64,000 nucleotides of DNA from Diplonema japonicum (Eukaryota > Protista > Euglenozoa: Diplonemea). Location of the stretch: assembly GCA_964019335.1 (NCBI GenBank), contig OZ025717.1:428669-492668 (forward strand). The letters run 5' to 3'. This document shows, piece after piece, positions 54,701 to 64,000 of this stretch. Below the pieces are notes generated by a model that was not told where the DNA came from, ran no database searches, and saw nothing but the letters and a program-made list of their open reading frames with translations. Position 1 is the first letter of the stretch. Every line of letters starts with the position of its first letter. Both the position numbers and the translations under genes were made by a program.

Positions 54701-55592
54701 GGAGTCGGAGATGAACAGTGTCGAGCGTATCCAAAGCTACTGCAGAGACATTCCTATCGAAGCACCGCTCATTGTGCCCGGCAGCAGGCCGGGGTTCAAC
54801 TGGCTGCGCGAGTCAGCTCCTGTCGAGGTGCACAACCTGCACCTGCGGTACCGCCCCAACCTACCCGATGTCCTGCGTGGGATCAACTTTATCGTGAAGG
54901 ATGGCGAGAAAGTGGGCATCGTCGGCCGCACAGGGTCCGGGAAGTCCTCGATGATGCTCGGCCTGCTGCGTATCTTGGAAGCGAACGAAGGGCGCATCAT
55001 TATTGACGGCATCGACATCTCGACGGTGGGGCTGCTGGACTTGCGCTCCAGGGTGTCGATCATCCCGCAGGATCCTGTGCTGTTCTCAGGCACGGTGAAG
55101 TCGAACTTGGATCCGGATGCCGCGCACCCTGACAAGGCTATTTGGAACGCACTGGAACAAGCGCATTTACGTGAGGTGTTTGAGCAGACGGATGACAAGC
55201 TGGACGTATCGGTAATTGAAGGCGGGCAGAACTTCAGTGTGGGGCAGCGCCAATTGGTGTGTTTAGCGAGAGCACTGCTCAGAGAGTCGAAGCTACTCCT
55301 CATGGACGAGGTCACCGCCTCTGTCGACGTGGAGACAGACGCGCTTATCCAGCAAACAGTCGCAGAGGCCTTCAGGGACTGCACAGTCCTTACCATCGCG
55401 CATCGTCTAGAGACGGTCATGAACTACGACAAGGTCATGGTTCTAGGCGACGGGCATGTTTTGGAGTTCGATTCGCCGCTCAACCTCATCAACAACCCGA
55501 CTGGGCAGTTCTACTCGATGGTCATGGACGCCGGTGACACCAGAGCGAGGCAGCTGATAGAAATCGCGAGACGTGGCAAAGCAAAGCTGTAG
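51798..55592 (+). CDS. ABC transporter subfamily C (MRP-like)
   Basis: Two TMD-NBD halves; GKVGSGKSS/LSGGQKQR and GRTGSGKSS/FSVGQRQL. Confidence 0.96.
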   Translation: MEDPLLQKEEPTPEEAAGFWARLTFTFVTPVLIRGYEEPMQGHHLPRIHRRFSAGNVFKRWSRIWDEEKMKARPSLVRALIKCYIWRFQFSVAMELIELIFNFFGPILMQSMITYTSQAHREISEGLTYVSIMFVSSLFRALSATQTGQVLAGIGMDVQTAMVSSIYNKSVRSSSRGKYTRGEIINIQSNDALKIANTSMSLNSIWATPANLIIAIVLLLRTIGPAAFAGMAVLLASIPFNTVVYWALASIRIELLSLTDRRVTLMNEMLQGIRVVKFTCLEEHFKNKILDVRRQELILLKKQAYWHSMASVVLFIIPILVSVSTFVTYASMGYILTPAIIFTSVALFNNLRGPLSFLPVLIASFAEAKASVRRLEKYLLLPEIITDKDLKDPSKAELVIYLKSASFRWEEEGEVVLHDIDMEVKRGELVMVIGKVGSGKSSLACAILGEVEKTGGTLHTVGNMGYCQQQAWIVNATVKENILFGSTFFEQEYKNTLHVCALERDMTLLAAGDQTELGEQGINLSGGQKQRISLARAVYHNADVVVLDDVLSAVDPQVGKHIFDKCICGTLGSKTRVLVTHQLQYLSQADRIIVLDEGRIVFNGGYRDIVDSAINISEFIKDASLENEEEEGNADEPPPTEQPTIETDDVVETSAQQYQAEEGKLVNEEDRATGAVGLETVWWYTKACGPVLLFFFLFLIFSEFCRISTDLWLSYWSDQKFWPDPGVSLYLGVYIILGFVSSLFSLLKGLALVESAFYSSVRLHNQMLGNVLRAQTMFYDQTPAGRVLNRFSRDLDTLDAGIADQLAGIVSLVFVSVSTVTVISGVMPILITFFVPLSSVYYVIMQYYRATSRELNRVVAIAASPIYSHFAESLNGVITIRSYGLVEKFIAENEEYLDKFHGPYWAALNVGRWLSIRLEFIGGAVLFMTSVMVVLNTQLPPGLVGLTLSYSMQITMVLEMAVTSISGLESEMNSVERIQSYCRDIPIEAPLIVPGSRPGFNWLRESAPVEVHNLHLRYRPNLPDVLRGINFIVKDGEKVGIVGRTGSGKSSMMLGLLRILEANEGRIIIDGIDISTVGLLDLRSRVSIIPQDPVLFSGTVKSNLDPDAAHPDKAIWNALEQAHLREVFEQTDDKLDVSVIEGGQNFSVGQRQLVCLARALLRESKLLLMDEVTASVDVETDALIQQTVAEAFRDCTVLTIAHRLETVMNYDKVMVLGDGHVLEFDSPLNLINNPTGQFYSMVMDAGDTRARQLIEIARRGKAKL

Positions 55593-55675
55593 CAACGTAT
55601 TTCTTTTTTTTTAAAATCTCTCTTTTTTTGTCTTTACACAAGTGGCTCAAAAAAAAAATAATCTTATTTTCTGAT

Positions 55676-56137
55676 ATGATTCTGTCTCAAACATCACTGC
55701 CAGGCTCGGTAAGGAAGATGACATCACACGTAACAGACATGACAGGGGCTTCTGCAGGGATGGTGTCCGCGGGGGGGATCGACGTCAAGGACGAGGTGAC
55801 ATCCACGGTACCCGGTACACAGGAGGTGGGGGTGAGCCAGACTCAGCAACAGGATCTGAGTGCAACAGACATGCAGCAGGCATGGGCGAATAAGGCTGGG
55901 AGTGAGATATCATCGTTGGGCCCGCAGACAGCGGCGTCCTCTGGTGTGCGGTCAAGCATCTCGGAAGTAGCAGAGATGCGAAAGCAAAAAAGAAAAAATC
56001 AAACAACTTACCTGTGCGCGGACTGTTTGGAAGAAACATGTCTAGGGCCCAACGACCCCGTGCGCTGCACAGCTTGTGGAAACAGAATCCTTTATAAACA
56101 ACGAGGGAATGCCCCCGTCCAGTACGCGGCACGGTAA
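55676..56137 (+). CDS. RPB12: RNA polymerase I/II/III common subunit RPABC4 with N-terminal extension
   Basis: YLCADC...PVRCTACGNRILYKQR...QYAAR zinc ribbon; start codon uncertain. Confidence 0.88.
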   Translation: MILSQTSLPGSVRKMTSHVTDMTGASAGMVSAGGIDVKDEVTSTVPGTQEVGVSQTQQQDLSATDMQQAWANKAGSEISSLGPQTAASSGVRSSISEVAEMRKQKRKNQTTYLCADCLEETCLGPNDPVRCTACGNRILYKQRGNAPVQYAAR

Positions 56138-56295
56138 ACAAAAAAAAAGGGGGTAGAAAAAAAAAAAGAGAATCCAATCAGTATCTTTTTTTTTCTTCTT
56201 CTTCCTAAAGAAGTGTTTTATTTTGATGCTGTTGTTGTTGTCTGCTCTTCCAAACCTCTTTATCGACAGTACAAAAAAAAAAAAAAAAAAGAATA

Positions 56296-57072
56296 ATGGC
56301 GACTGAGGCATTCTTCGCAGGAGGCACCGCAGGGTCAACGGGCATATTGTTTACACAACCTTTTGACGTATTGAAAGTGAGACAGCAGGTAAACGGTGAG
56401 AGTATGCTTCTGAACGCAAGAAACATAATAAAAAACGAGAGCGTCCTCGGGCTGTGGAAGGGTTTGATGTCGCCATGCCTCACTTCTGGTGCAATGAATG
56501 CCGTGCTCTTCCTGAGCTACGAGACTGCAATGACAGCACCTGGGATGAAAGAAGATCAAATATCCCATCACGTTGGAGCTGGAGTGGTATCGGGCGGTAT
56601 GTCCGTACTTTTAACAAGTCCAACTGAGCTTGTTAAATGCAGAGCGCAGGCAAGCCATTCCATTGGATGTTCTTGGCGAGACGAAGTCGCAATTGCAAAG
56701 AACATTCTACATAACAACGGTGTTCGGGGAATGTTCAAGGGAGGAGCGCTCACCGCGCTGCGGGACTGTCCGTCGTTTGCAATCTATTTCGGTACCTACG
56801 AGTATATTGTGCAGAAATTTAAGTGGTCGGCCTTTGCTGCGGGTGGCTTCGCGGGTGTGATGTCCTGGGCCTTTGTTGTCCCCGTCGACACTCTGAAGAC
56901 TAACTGGCAGGTCAACACTGACCAGTCCCTAACCTTTTCCCGCTTCCTTTCATCTCAACTTTTAACATACCGCAACTTGTTCAGAGGCATGGCGCCCTGC
57001 TTGCTGCGCGCGTGGCCGCAACACGCGATCACCTTCTCTATCTACGAAAACCTTAAAGGTTATTTTCAATAG
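56296..57072 (+). CDS. Mitochondrial carrier (carnitine/basic amino acid clade-like)
   Basis: QPFDVLKVRQQ, SPTELVKCRAQ, RDCPSFAIYF, CLLRAWP. Confidence 0.88.
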   Translation: MATEAFFAGGTAGSTGILFTQPFDVLKVRQQVNGESMLLNARNIIKNESVLGLWKGLMSPCLTSGAMNAVLFLSYETAMTAPGMKEDQISHHVGAGVVSGGMSVLLTSPTELVKCRAQASHSIGCSWRDEVAIAKNILHNNGVRGMFKGGALTALRDCPSFAIYFGTYEYIVQKFKWSAFAAGGFAGVMSWAFVVPVDTLKTNWQVNTDQSLTFSRFLSSQLLTYRNLFRGMAPCLLRAWPQHAITFSIYENLKGYFQ

Positions 57073-57237
57073 AATTCAAAAAAAGAAGAGAAAAAACTGT
57101 AAACTCTTTTGATGGTTGGTACTTGAACAGGAAGTACCTCCGGTACCACCTATTTTTTCACTCTCGTGGTTGGACCATAATTATCGAGGTAATTTTCGAT
57201 AATCTCTCGGCAAAGAGTTGCTGACGCTCAGAACACG

Positions 57238-57279
57238 CGTATTCCAAGGTACGAGGACGTATTCCAAGGTACGAGGACG
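57238..57279 (+). repeat. Perfect 20-bp tandem duplication
   Basis: CGTATTCCAAGGTACGAGGA x2. Confidence 0.9.
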
Positions 57280-57399
57280 AGCGGAATCGACTTCGATCAC
57301 TAATCACGGTTGAAGCTTCTCGTTACGATCAAGATGAAGCTAGTATTACAAAAGAAGCGTTTAAACACCGTCCGGTGACAAGGAAGGTTTGTAGACCAC

Positions 57400-57580
57400 C
57401 CGCCCAGCAAGGAAATGCCTGTTGTGGATGGCAAGACGGGAGGACAAGCTGATGTGAACAAAACCAACAAACCCTGTGTGCGGTGGCTCAAAAACGGCAC
57501 ATTAAAATAATGCGCATCCTCATCATGGAAAGAAAAGCTGATGTGAACAAAGGCAGCAAACGGTGAGAAGGGAAGCTGTG
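57400..57580 (+). pseudogene. Ankyrin-repeat pseudogene fragment
   Basis: GQADVNKTN...KNG[frameshift]IKIMRILIMERKADVNKG; AAGCTGATGTGAACAAA occurs twice about 90 bp apart. Confidence 0.6.
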
Positions 57581-57755
57581 ACATGTAAATATCCATCTGA
57601 GCAATTTATCAGAATAATCAGGATTCATTCGAAATTCATCGAGTACTTATTAGCAGTCACCGTGATACCCCTTAAGAAGAAATGGCCGTGTATTCTTATT
57701 ATATTCCCTCTTTTACCTCTTCCACACCACCACCATCAAAGGCATCACGGGTCAC

Positions 57756-60563
57756 ATGCCTGCATATGATATCAATGGCTTGACCGTGCATTTCCCTCAT
57801 GAGGCGTACCCATGTCAGGTGGACTACATGGGAAAGGTCATCGAGGGGTTGGAGGGGTGTAAGAACGTGCTGTTGGAGTCCCCGACGGGAACAGGGAAGA
57901 CATTGAGCCTCTTGTGCGGGGTGCTGGGGTGGGTGACGCAAGCCGTTAAAAACAACGAAGGAACCCAGAACGGACCACCTCCAACGAAGGTCTTTTACAG
58001 TTCGAGAACCCACGCACAGTTAAAACAAGTCATCAAGGAATTCAGACGAACGGAATACGGAAAAGTAGGTGGCGATCTCGAGGTCACGATGACAGTACTA
58101 GGATCACGTGATCAACTGTGCATCCACCCAAGAGCAGAAGGAAGTTCTTCAACCAGTAAAAACGCAATTTGCACATCACTTCGACAGAATCGGAAATGCA
58201 GGTTTTACAACAAATTGGACGAGTTCATGGAACAAGGCGGTCTGAAGAAGGTGATCGACGACGAGGTGGAGAAGAACAAGAACAAGAAGAAACAGCACAA
58301 GGTGCTTCTGGACATCGAGGACCTGACGTCTGCGGGGCAGACACACGGGTTCTGCCCGTTTTACTATTCGCGGAAAATGATGAGCAGCGTGAGCGTAGTC
58401 TTCGCTCCGTACAACTATCTCGTGGACCCGAGGCTGCGGAAGCAAATAGGTATTGACCTGTCCGATGCCATCCTCATAGTTGACGAAGCACACAACATCG
58501 CATCGAACACAGCAGAAGCGAGTTCATTCAGCATCAACACTCTGAACATAACAGAAGCTGTGAACGAGTTGTCACGAGCACGCGTTGCGGTGACATCTGA
58601 CACCGATCTCCCTGTCGGCGAAGCGTCCACTCGTATCAAAGACTACGATTTGCTGAGCGGGATCCTCAAAAAACTAGCGCATCACCTAGAAATGTCACTG
58701 TTGAAGGCGAAACCCAGCGGGCGTAACGACACACCGAACATCACCTCGCACGGCTCCGACGTGATAACATTGATCAAAGAACAGACATCGGTCACGACAG
58801 AATCCTTGCAGGAATTTCTCAAGGTTATGGAAGCATGCGTGTCTGACATTGCAAAGGCGTCCGTTGCCTCTGGTACAAAAGCAGACACACCCGGGGTGGA
58901 GAAGCTCTCAACATTCTTAAACGGGGTGTTTTCACTGAGCAAGGAAAGCCTCGATGAAAGTTATAAGATGGTAATCTTCAAGGAGAAGCCCGACAAGAAA
59001 CACGTCAAGCACAACGTACAGCCACCAACACAGCTCGGCGTATGGTGCATGGATGCATCAGTGGCGATGCGGAAAATGATGGAAGGCTGCACTGAAACAG
59101 ATCTTGAAAAGCGGCCACCAAGAAGTTTGATCATCACCTCAGGGACGCTCAGACCGTTGGACTTTTTCGCAGCAGAGCTCGGGTTGGATTTCCCTGTCCG
59201 GCTTCAGAACCCGCATGTTATCTCAGAGTCGCAAATCATGACAATGGCCATCAGGCAAGGCGACAATGGTGCTGCGTTGAACTCGAAATTTGCAAACCGT
59301 TCGAACCCAATGTACATAAAGGCGTTGGGTATCTCCGTTGCGAAAATCGTTTCCATGGTCCCGCATGGTTTGCTTGTCTTCTTCCAATCGTTCACATTCA
59401 TGAACGAAATGATGGAGGCGTGGAAGAAACCAGGAACCTACGATGACAGCCACTCAATCTACGATATTATTTCGAACCGAAAATTCATCATACAAGAACC
59501 CCCACAGACCTCGCTTGCGCCGACGAAGATTCAAGAGTACTGCTCCATCATCGATGAAGGCAACGGTGCAGTTATGTTCGCGGTATTTCGAGGGAAGATG
59601 GCGGAGGGTATGGATTTCCCCGACAAGTACGCCCGTGGTGTCGCATTGGTGGGCATCCCGTACGCAAACATCGGCGAGCTGAAGGTCACATTAAAAATGT
59701 CGCATTTGGAAGAGAAACGGAACAGAAACAAAGGAAGTGCCAATGGAAACACAATCGTGTCGGGAAGCAACTGGTACACCCTGGACGCACTTCGGTCCAT
59801 CAACCAAGCCGTGGGACGTGTTATACGCCATTCGAAAGACTACGGGACGGTTTTCTTCCTCGATGAAAGGTACGACAGCAAAGGGCTTCAGGTGCAGCTC
59901 CCCGCATGGGTGGGGCACAACATGGTGACCCACACTACCATCGACGACTCTTTCGTGAACAATGTACGAGGCTTCTACAATAGAAACGGTTTGGTTTTCT
60001 CCACAGTGAGTAAAGGCAGACAGCACGTCAAGCCCGTTACGAAATTATCCCACAACGACGGCGGGCGAAAACGATCCCTCGAAGCAGACAAAGCCACAGA
60101 AAACGCCTTCAACCACGCCAGACGGTATCAAGAACTGCGTGATGCACAAAACCCGGGTGTTAAAAAGGCCCGATTAGAGCAAGGCATCGCCTCTGCTTCA
60201 GTCAGCAGCTTTTCGTCTACAGACTTCAAAGCCCCTGTCGAGACCCCTCCCGGAAAGTCCCTGCAGATTGGTGCCGTGGACTACGCGAGCAAATACACGC
60301 TGCAGGAGTACAAGAAATCTGTGAAGAAAACCCTCTCTGCGGAGCAGTATGACATCTGGAAGGCTCTGCTCGTGGAGTTCGCGCAGCAGATCGACACAGC
60401 GAGCGTCTTCATGAAAGACCGGTTTGTACCTTGGGTGGTGATCGCCTTCACGCCGAAGAACGCAGACCTGCTCCGATGCCATGTTGTTACGCTGCCCCCC
60501 GCGATCAGGAAGGAGTATCTTCAACTGCTGAAGGCACATCTTAAACTGGTTTCCAAAGGCTAG
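57756..60563 (+). CDS. Fe-S DNA helicase, RTEL1/FANCJ family
   Basis: LLESPTGTGKTLSLLC, YSSRTHAQL, LGSRDQLC, CPFY, DEAHN, TSGTL, RGKMAEGMDF, NQAVGRVIRH. Confidence 0.93.
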   Translation: MPAYDINGLTVHFPHEAYPCQVDYMGKVIEGLEGCKNVLLESPTGTGKTLSLLCGVLGWVTQAVKNNEGTQNGPPPTKVFYSSRTHAQLKQVIKEFRRTEYGKVGGDLEVTMTVLGSRDQLCIHPRAEGSSSTSKNAICTSLRQNRKCRFYNKLDEFMEQGGLKKVIDDEVEKNKNKKKQHKVLLDIEDLTSAGQTHGFCPFYYSRKMMSSVSVVFAPYNYLVDPRLRKQIGIDLSDAILIVDEAHNIASNTAEASSFSINTLNITEAVNELSRARVAVTSDTDLPVGEASTRIKDYDLLSGILKKLAHHLEMSLLKAKPSGRNDTPNITSHGSDVITLIKEQTSVTTESLQEFLKVMEACVSDIAKASVASGTKADTPGVEKLSTFLNGVFSLSKESLDESYKMVIFKEKPDKKHVKHNVQPPTQLGVWCMDASVAMRKMMEGCTETDLEKRPPRSLIITSGTLRPLDFFAAELGLDFPVRLQNPHVISESQIMTMAIRQGDNGAALNSKFANRSNPMYIKALGISVAKIVSMVPHGLLVFFQSFTFMNEMMEAWKKPGTYDDSHSIYDIISNRKFIIQEPPQTSLAPTKIQEYCSIIDEGNGAVMFAVFRGKMAEGMDFPDKYARGVALVGIPYANIGELKVTLKMSHLEEKRNRNKGSANGNTIVSGSNWYTLDALRSINQAVGRVIRHSKDYGTVFFLDERYDSKGLQVQLPAWVGHNMVTHTTIDDSFVNNVRGFYNRNGLVFSTVSKGRQHVKPVTKLSHNDGGRKRSLEADKATENAFNHARRYQELRDAQNPGVKKARLEQGIASASVSSFSSTDFKAPVETPPGKSLQIGAVDYASKYTLQEYKKSVKKTLSAEQYDIWKALLVEFAQQIDTASVFMKDRFVPWVVIAFTPKNADLLRCHVVTLPPAIRKEYLQLLKAHLKLVSKG

Positions 60564-60646
60564 AATTTTCTTCTTTTTTTATTTCCCCCCCATTCCAAAC
60601 AAATAAAATAAAAAGAGGGAGAACGGACATTTTAAAAAAAAAAAAA

Positions 60647-63266
60647 ATGCCAATAATAGAAGGAAGCGAAGATGAAGAGCTAGCTGGGCTAACAGGTGAC
60701 CTCGAGGGTGTTGAGGAAGGAATCTCCCTTGCGAATCGGCGGGGCGACGAACGTGGGAGCGCGGCGGAGAAGTGCGATGCATTGCTTCGCAGAGTACACG
60801 AGGTGCTGGATGTACACGCACGACCAACGTATCTGACAGTGGAGCAAAGGGAGCTCCAGCAAGAGTACCAGACCCTGGACTACATCGGGACCTACAGCAA
60901 CGTGAGTAAGCGACACATCGAGATCCCGAAGGTGCAAGACTCGATCATGAAATGGCTCCTTTTTGCAGCCGTCGGCATATCATGCGGGCTGCTCGCCTTT
61001 TTCATGCGACAAACCATCGACCTGATCAACGAGAAGAGAATGAAGACCGTGGCCAACCTACTCAACGTCTCGGGTGGGGGCAACTCAAAACAATATTTTC
61101 TCGCATGGTTATACCTCGTAGGCACGTCCGGCGCGCTCGCTCTCTGCGCGTCTCTCATCGTAGTCTTATACTGGAAATCAGCGGCGGGAAGCGGTGTGGA
61201 AGAGGTAATCGCTTACTTAAATGGAGTTGACATGCCCCGCGTCTTTAATGTTAGAACGGCGATTGTTAAGTTCTTTTCGTGCATTGCATCGGTATCGTCG
61301 GGGCTACCAGCGGGACCCGAAGGGCCAATGATCCATCTAGGCGCGATCTGTGGGGCAGGGCTGACTCAAGGTCGATCGAAAACACTTGGAGTCGCCACAA
61401 AAGTGTTTCGAAAATATCGTAACGCAAAGGACCACCGTGATTTCATCACAGCAGGTGCTGCAGCGGGGATCTCAGCTGCGTTCGGTGCACCTATAGGAGG
61501 GCTGCTGTTTGTGATGGAAGAGATGAGCACACATTGGAAGCCGTCGCTGACGTGGATGATTTTCTTCACATCAATGGCGTCCTTCTGCACGGTATCGTTA
61601 TTCAATTCTGCGTTTGATGCTTGGGTCCCGACAGGCACTTTCGGATGGTTTCTCAACAAGGCCGCCGTTCTCTTTGAAGTCAAGACTATCATCCAGCTCA
61701 ACATCCTAGCGATCTTCCCGTCGTTCATCATTGGCACCCTCGGGGGGATATTCGGCGGGCTGTTCACAATCCTCAACGTAAAGATCAACCAATGGCGCAA
61801 GCGCACCATGAACACAAACACAAAGCGGATTTTAGAACCCGTTGTGGTCGTTGTTCTATTTTCAACAGCAGGCTTGCTCCTCCCCATGATGATGGGGTGC
61901 AGCCCTGTCAAGACAGCTGAGACAGAGGGCGAACGAAAAATGTGGGTCACGGAAAACAGCACGTACCTCGCGACGTTTCTATGCGATTCTCCAGATAAAT
62001 ACAGCCCGTTAGGAACACTGACCATGGGAGGCAATGAGGGAACTATTAGAAGGCTGTTCTCCAGACATACGAATTTGGAGTTCGGTGGCGGGGTGTTATT
62101 TTTGTACTTCGTCCTGTACTTTGTCTTTGCATGCTACACCGCTGGCATGTCGATATCAAGCGGGTTATTGGTACCGATGATAGTCATGGGCGCTGCCATG
62201 GGGCGTCTTGTGGGGAGTCTGTTGGTCCAAGCTAGTCTAAGTAATGAACAGGCGTATCTTTCGGTTCATCAATGGATAGACCCCGGTGTGTTTGCGTTGA
62301 TAGGAAGTGCTGCGTTTGTAGGAGGTGTGTCACGGTTGACGGTGTCTCTTGTTGTCATCATGCTCGAGATTTCAGCGGAGCTACACTTCCTCTTCCCCAT
62401 TATGCTCGCGGTGATGACGGCAAAATGGGTCGGGGATTTCTTCACACCATCTCTGTACCATTCATACTTGGAAATGAAATGCGTGCCCATCATGCAACTG
62501 CAGCGTGACAATTCTGATATCGATCTGTCCAAGCATACTGCATTGGATGCTGTTGCCGGGGAACCAGTCTGTGTGCAGTTGAGGGAATCCATCACAAGAT
62601 TGTGCGAAGTGTTAAAGATGACGTCGTATAACTGCTTCCCTGTCATTAATGGAAGAGGTCTTCTCGAAGGGACTATCTTGAGAAAGGATTTGGGGTTGCT
62701 GCTGTGCACGCCAGAGGTTTTCGAGCAAAACGGACAACGAGGGAAGCTACTGACCCATCGACAGCTGCAAGACAAGGATTCATCATTGTTCCTGAAAGGC
62801 ACCACCGGGTCCATGAAAACCGACTGGCATCATGTGGTCGGCGAGGAATGTCTTGAAAACACATTTATTGACATCGGGCCGTATCTGAACCGCAGCCCGT
62901 TTACCGTGCAGACTAGTTTCTCGCTTGATTTGACCTATGATCTCTTTACTAGTTTAGGGCTGAGGCATCTTATAGTGATCCGTCGTGAAAAATGTATGGG
63001 GGTTCTGACGCGGAAGGACTTGCTCAACGCAGCGCTTGAAGAGCGTTTGTGTGGTGGCGAGCTTGCGCAGTATCATGATTCGATCCGGCCTGAATGGTAT
63101 TTTTTTTTGAAGGGGGGTTTTTTTATTTAAAAAAAAAAAAATCAGGACCGCCGAAGACCAGCTCCGTGCTGAGCAGGAAGATTCGGAGACCACTCCCACA
63201 CCGACACCTAGCTTGTCTCCAGGCCGCTCGCCCACGTCCGCACCCGTTCGCGGCAGTGGTGTGTGA
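60647..63266 (+). CDS. CLC chloride channel/antiporter (CLC-6/7-like) with CBS domains
   Basis: GSGVEE, GPEGPMIH, FGAPIGG, GLLVP, SLYH; last intron ~63097-63145 gives a stop at 63264-63266. Confidence 0.93.
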
Positions 63267-63543
63267 CTTCATACATATGCGCTTTGACTCGCTCAATTTT
63301 TGTTTTTGTTTTTCTTCCGTTTTTTTTGTGTTTCAATTTTTTTGTGAATACAATGGGTGTCAATGGCTTGCGAGGAGGAAAAAATAAAAAATAAAAGAGA
63401 AAAAAGAGGGTATAAAAAAAAAACTTATCTAACTGCGCCGCCCCCCTCTCCGTTTTTTTTTTCTCCCCCCCCTTTCCACTCAATCGTCCCTTTTTTCAAA
63501 AAAAAAAAAAAAAAAAAAAAAAGACACAACAAAAAAAAAAAAA

Positions 63544-64000
63544 ATGGCCGATGAGCCGGAAGCGGATTTTGGTGTGGATATCATCCAAGACAGGGAAAGT
63601 GTGCCCCTATGTTGGGAGGAGGTGCACCCTGGTGGGGATGAGGTGCCTATTGCGATTCTGAGGCCGGACATCTACTCGTTAAAACTGACGAACAATGGGA
63701 ACGAAAGGATCGTGGCGAGAGTCTGCATCGACGGCAACGCATTGCGGTGCTTGTACTACCTGGCCCCAAGGAGCACCCATCTGGTCAGAGGAAGACGCGT
63801 CAGCGAAAACGAGGTCTTACCACTCCACTTCCAAATGGTCGGGCGCAGAGTCAATGTCCTGCGAGGCTTGGAAATATCCGGCATTTTAGATAATCTAGGA
63901 AGCGTTGAGGTGGAGTTCTACAAAGCGATTGAGACCAACGAAAACAGAGCCGGGTGGAAGACACCTAAAACACAGTCTGTCCTTCAAGCATGGTCGAACG
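63544..64000 (+). CDS. Hypothetical protein, truncated by the window end
   Basis: AAAATG start, frame apparently open to the window end (MADEPEADFGVDII...ARVCIDG...LGSVEVEFY). Confidence 0.65.
   Translation, partial: MADEPEADFGVDIIQDRESVPLCWEEVHPGGDEVPIAILRPDIYSLKLTNNGNERIVARVCIDGNALRCLYYLAPRSTHLVRGRRVSENEVLPLHFQMVGRRVNVLRGLEISGILDNLGSVEVEFYKAIETNENRAGWKTPKTQSVLQAWSN

Noticed and set aside
1-64000. tRNA, rRNA or SL RNA genes; stop-codon reassignment
   Set aside because: None recognised by eye; the apparent internal stops I examined in genes are explained by short GT-AG introns

Overview
Eukaryotic (protist) nuclear DNA. A euglenozoan, possibly diplonemid-like, origin is inferred, not proven. 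The inference rests on one long same-strand gene run, single-hairpin AGA-box guide RNAs and kinetoplastid-style pseudoenzymes, alongside many tiny GT-AG introns. Two minus-strand genes (to 1412) diverge from ~27 consecutive plus-strand genes (8805 to the window end). The 7.4-kb gap between them is a nest of MITEs, tandem and inverted repeats and a dead non-LTR reverse transcriptase. Most repeat copies there have lost their CpGs (CG->TG/CA) relative to an intact copy at 32.8 kb. The main unannotated feature is an amplified snoRNA cluster at 41.7-48.2 kb. It has 4 copies of a U17/snR30-like H/ACA RNA, 5 copies of a 93-nt C/D guide and 13 single-hairpin AGA-box RNAs in three families. Part of it is intergenic and part lies inside a 1.8-kb intron of an eIF4E gene, with a GC-rich GH18 gene wedged between copies. 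Other notable items are a pseudo-calcineurin/Asp-beta-hydroxylase fusion, an SLBP with eIF4E-binding and PAM2 motifs, tandem RPS2 genes differing by an intron, and poly(A)-filled introns. All calls are by eye; no searches or folding programs were run.
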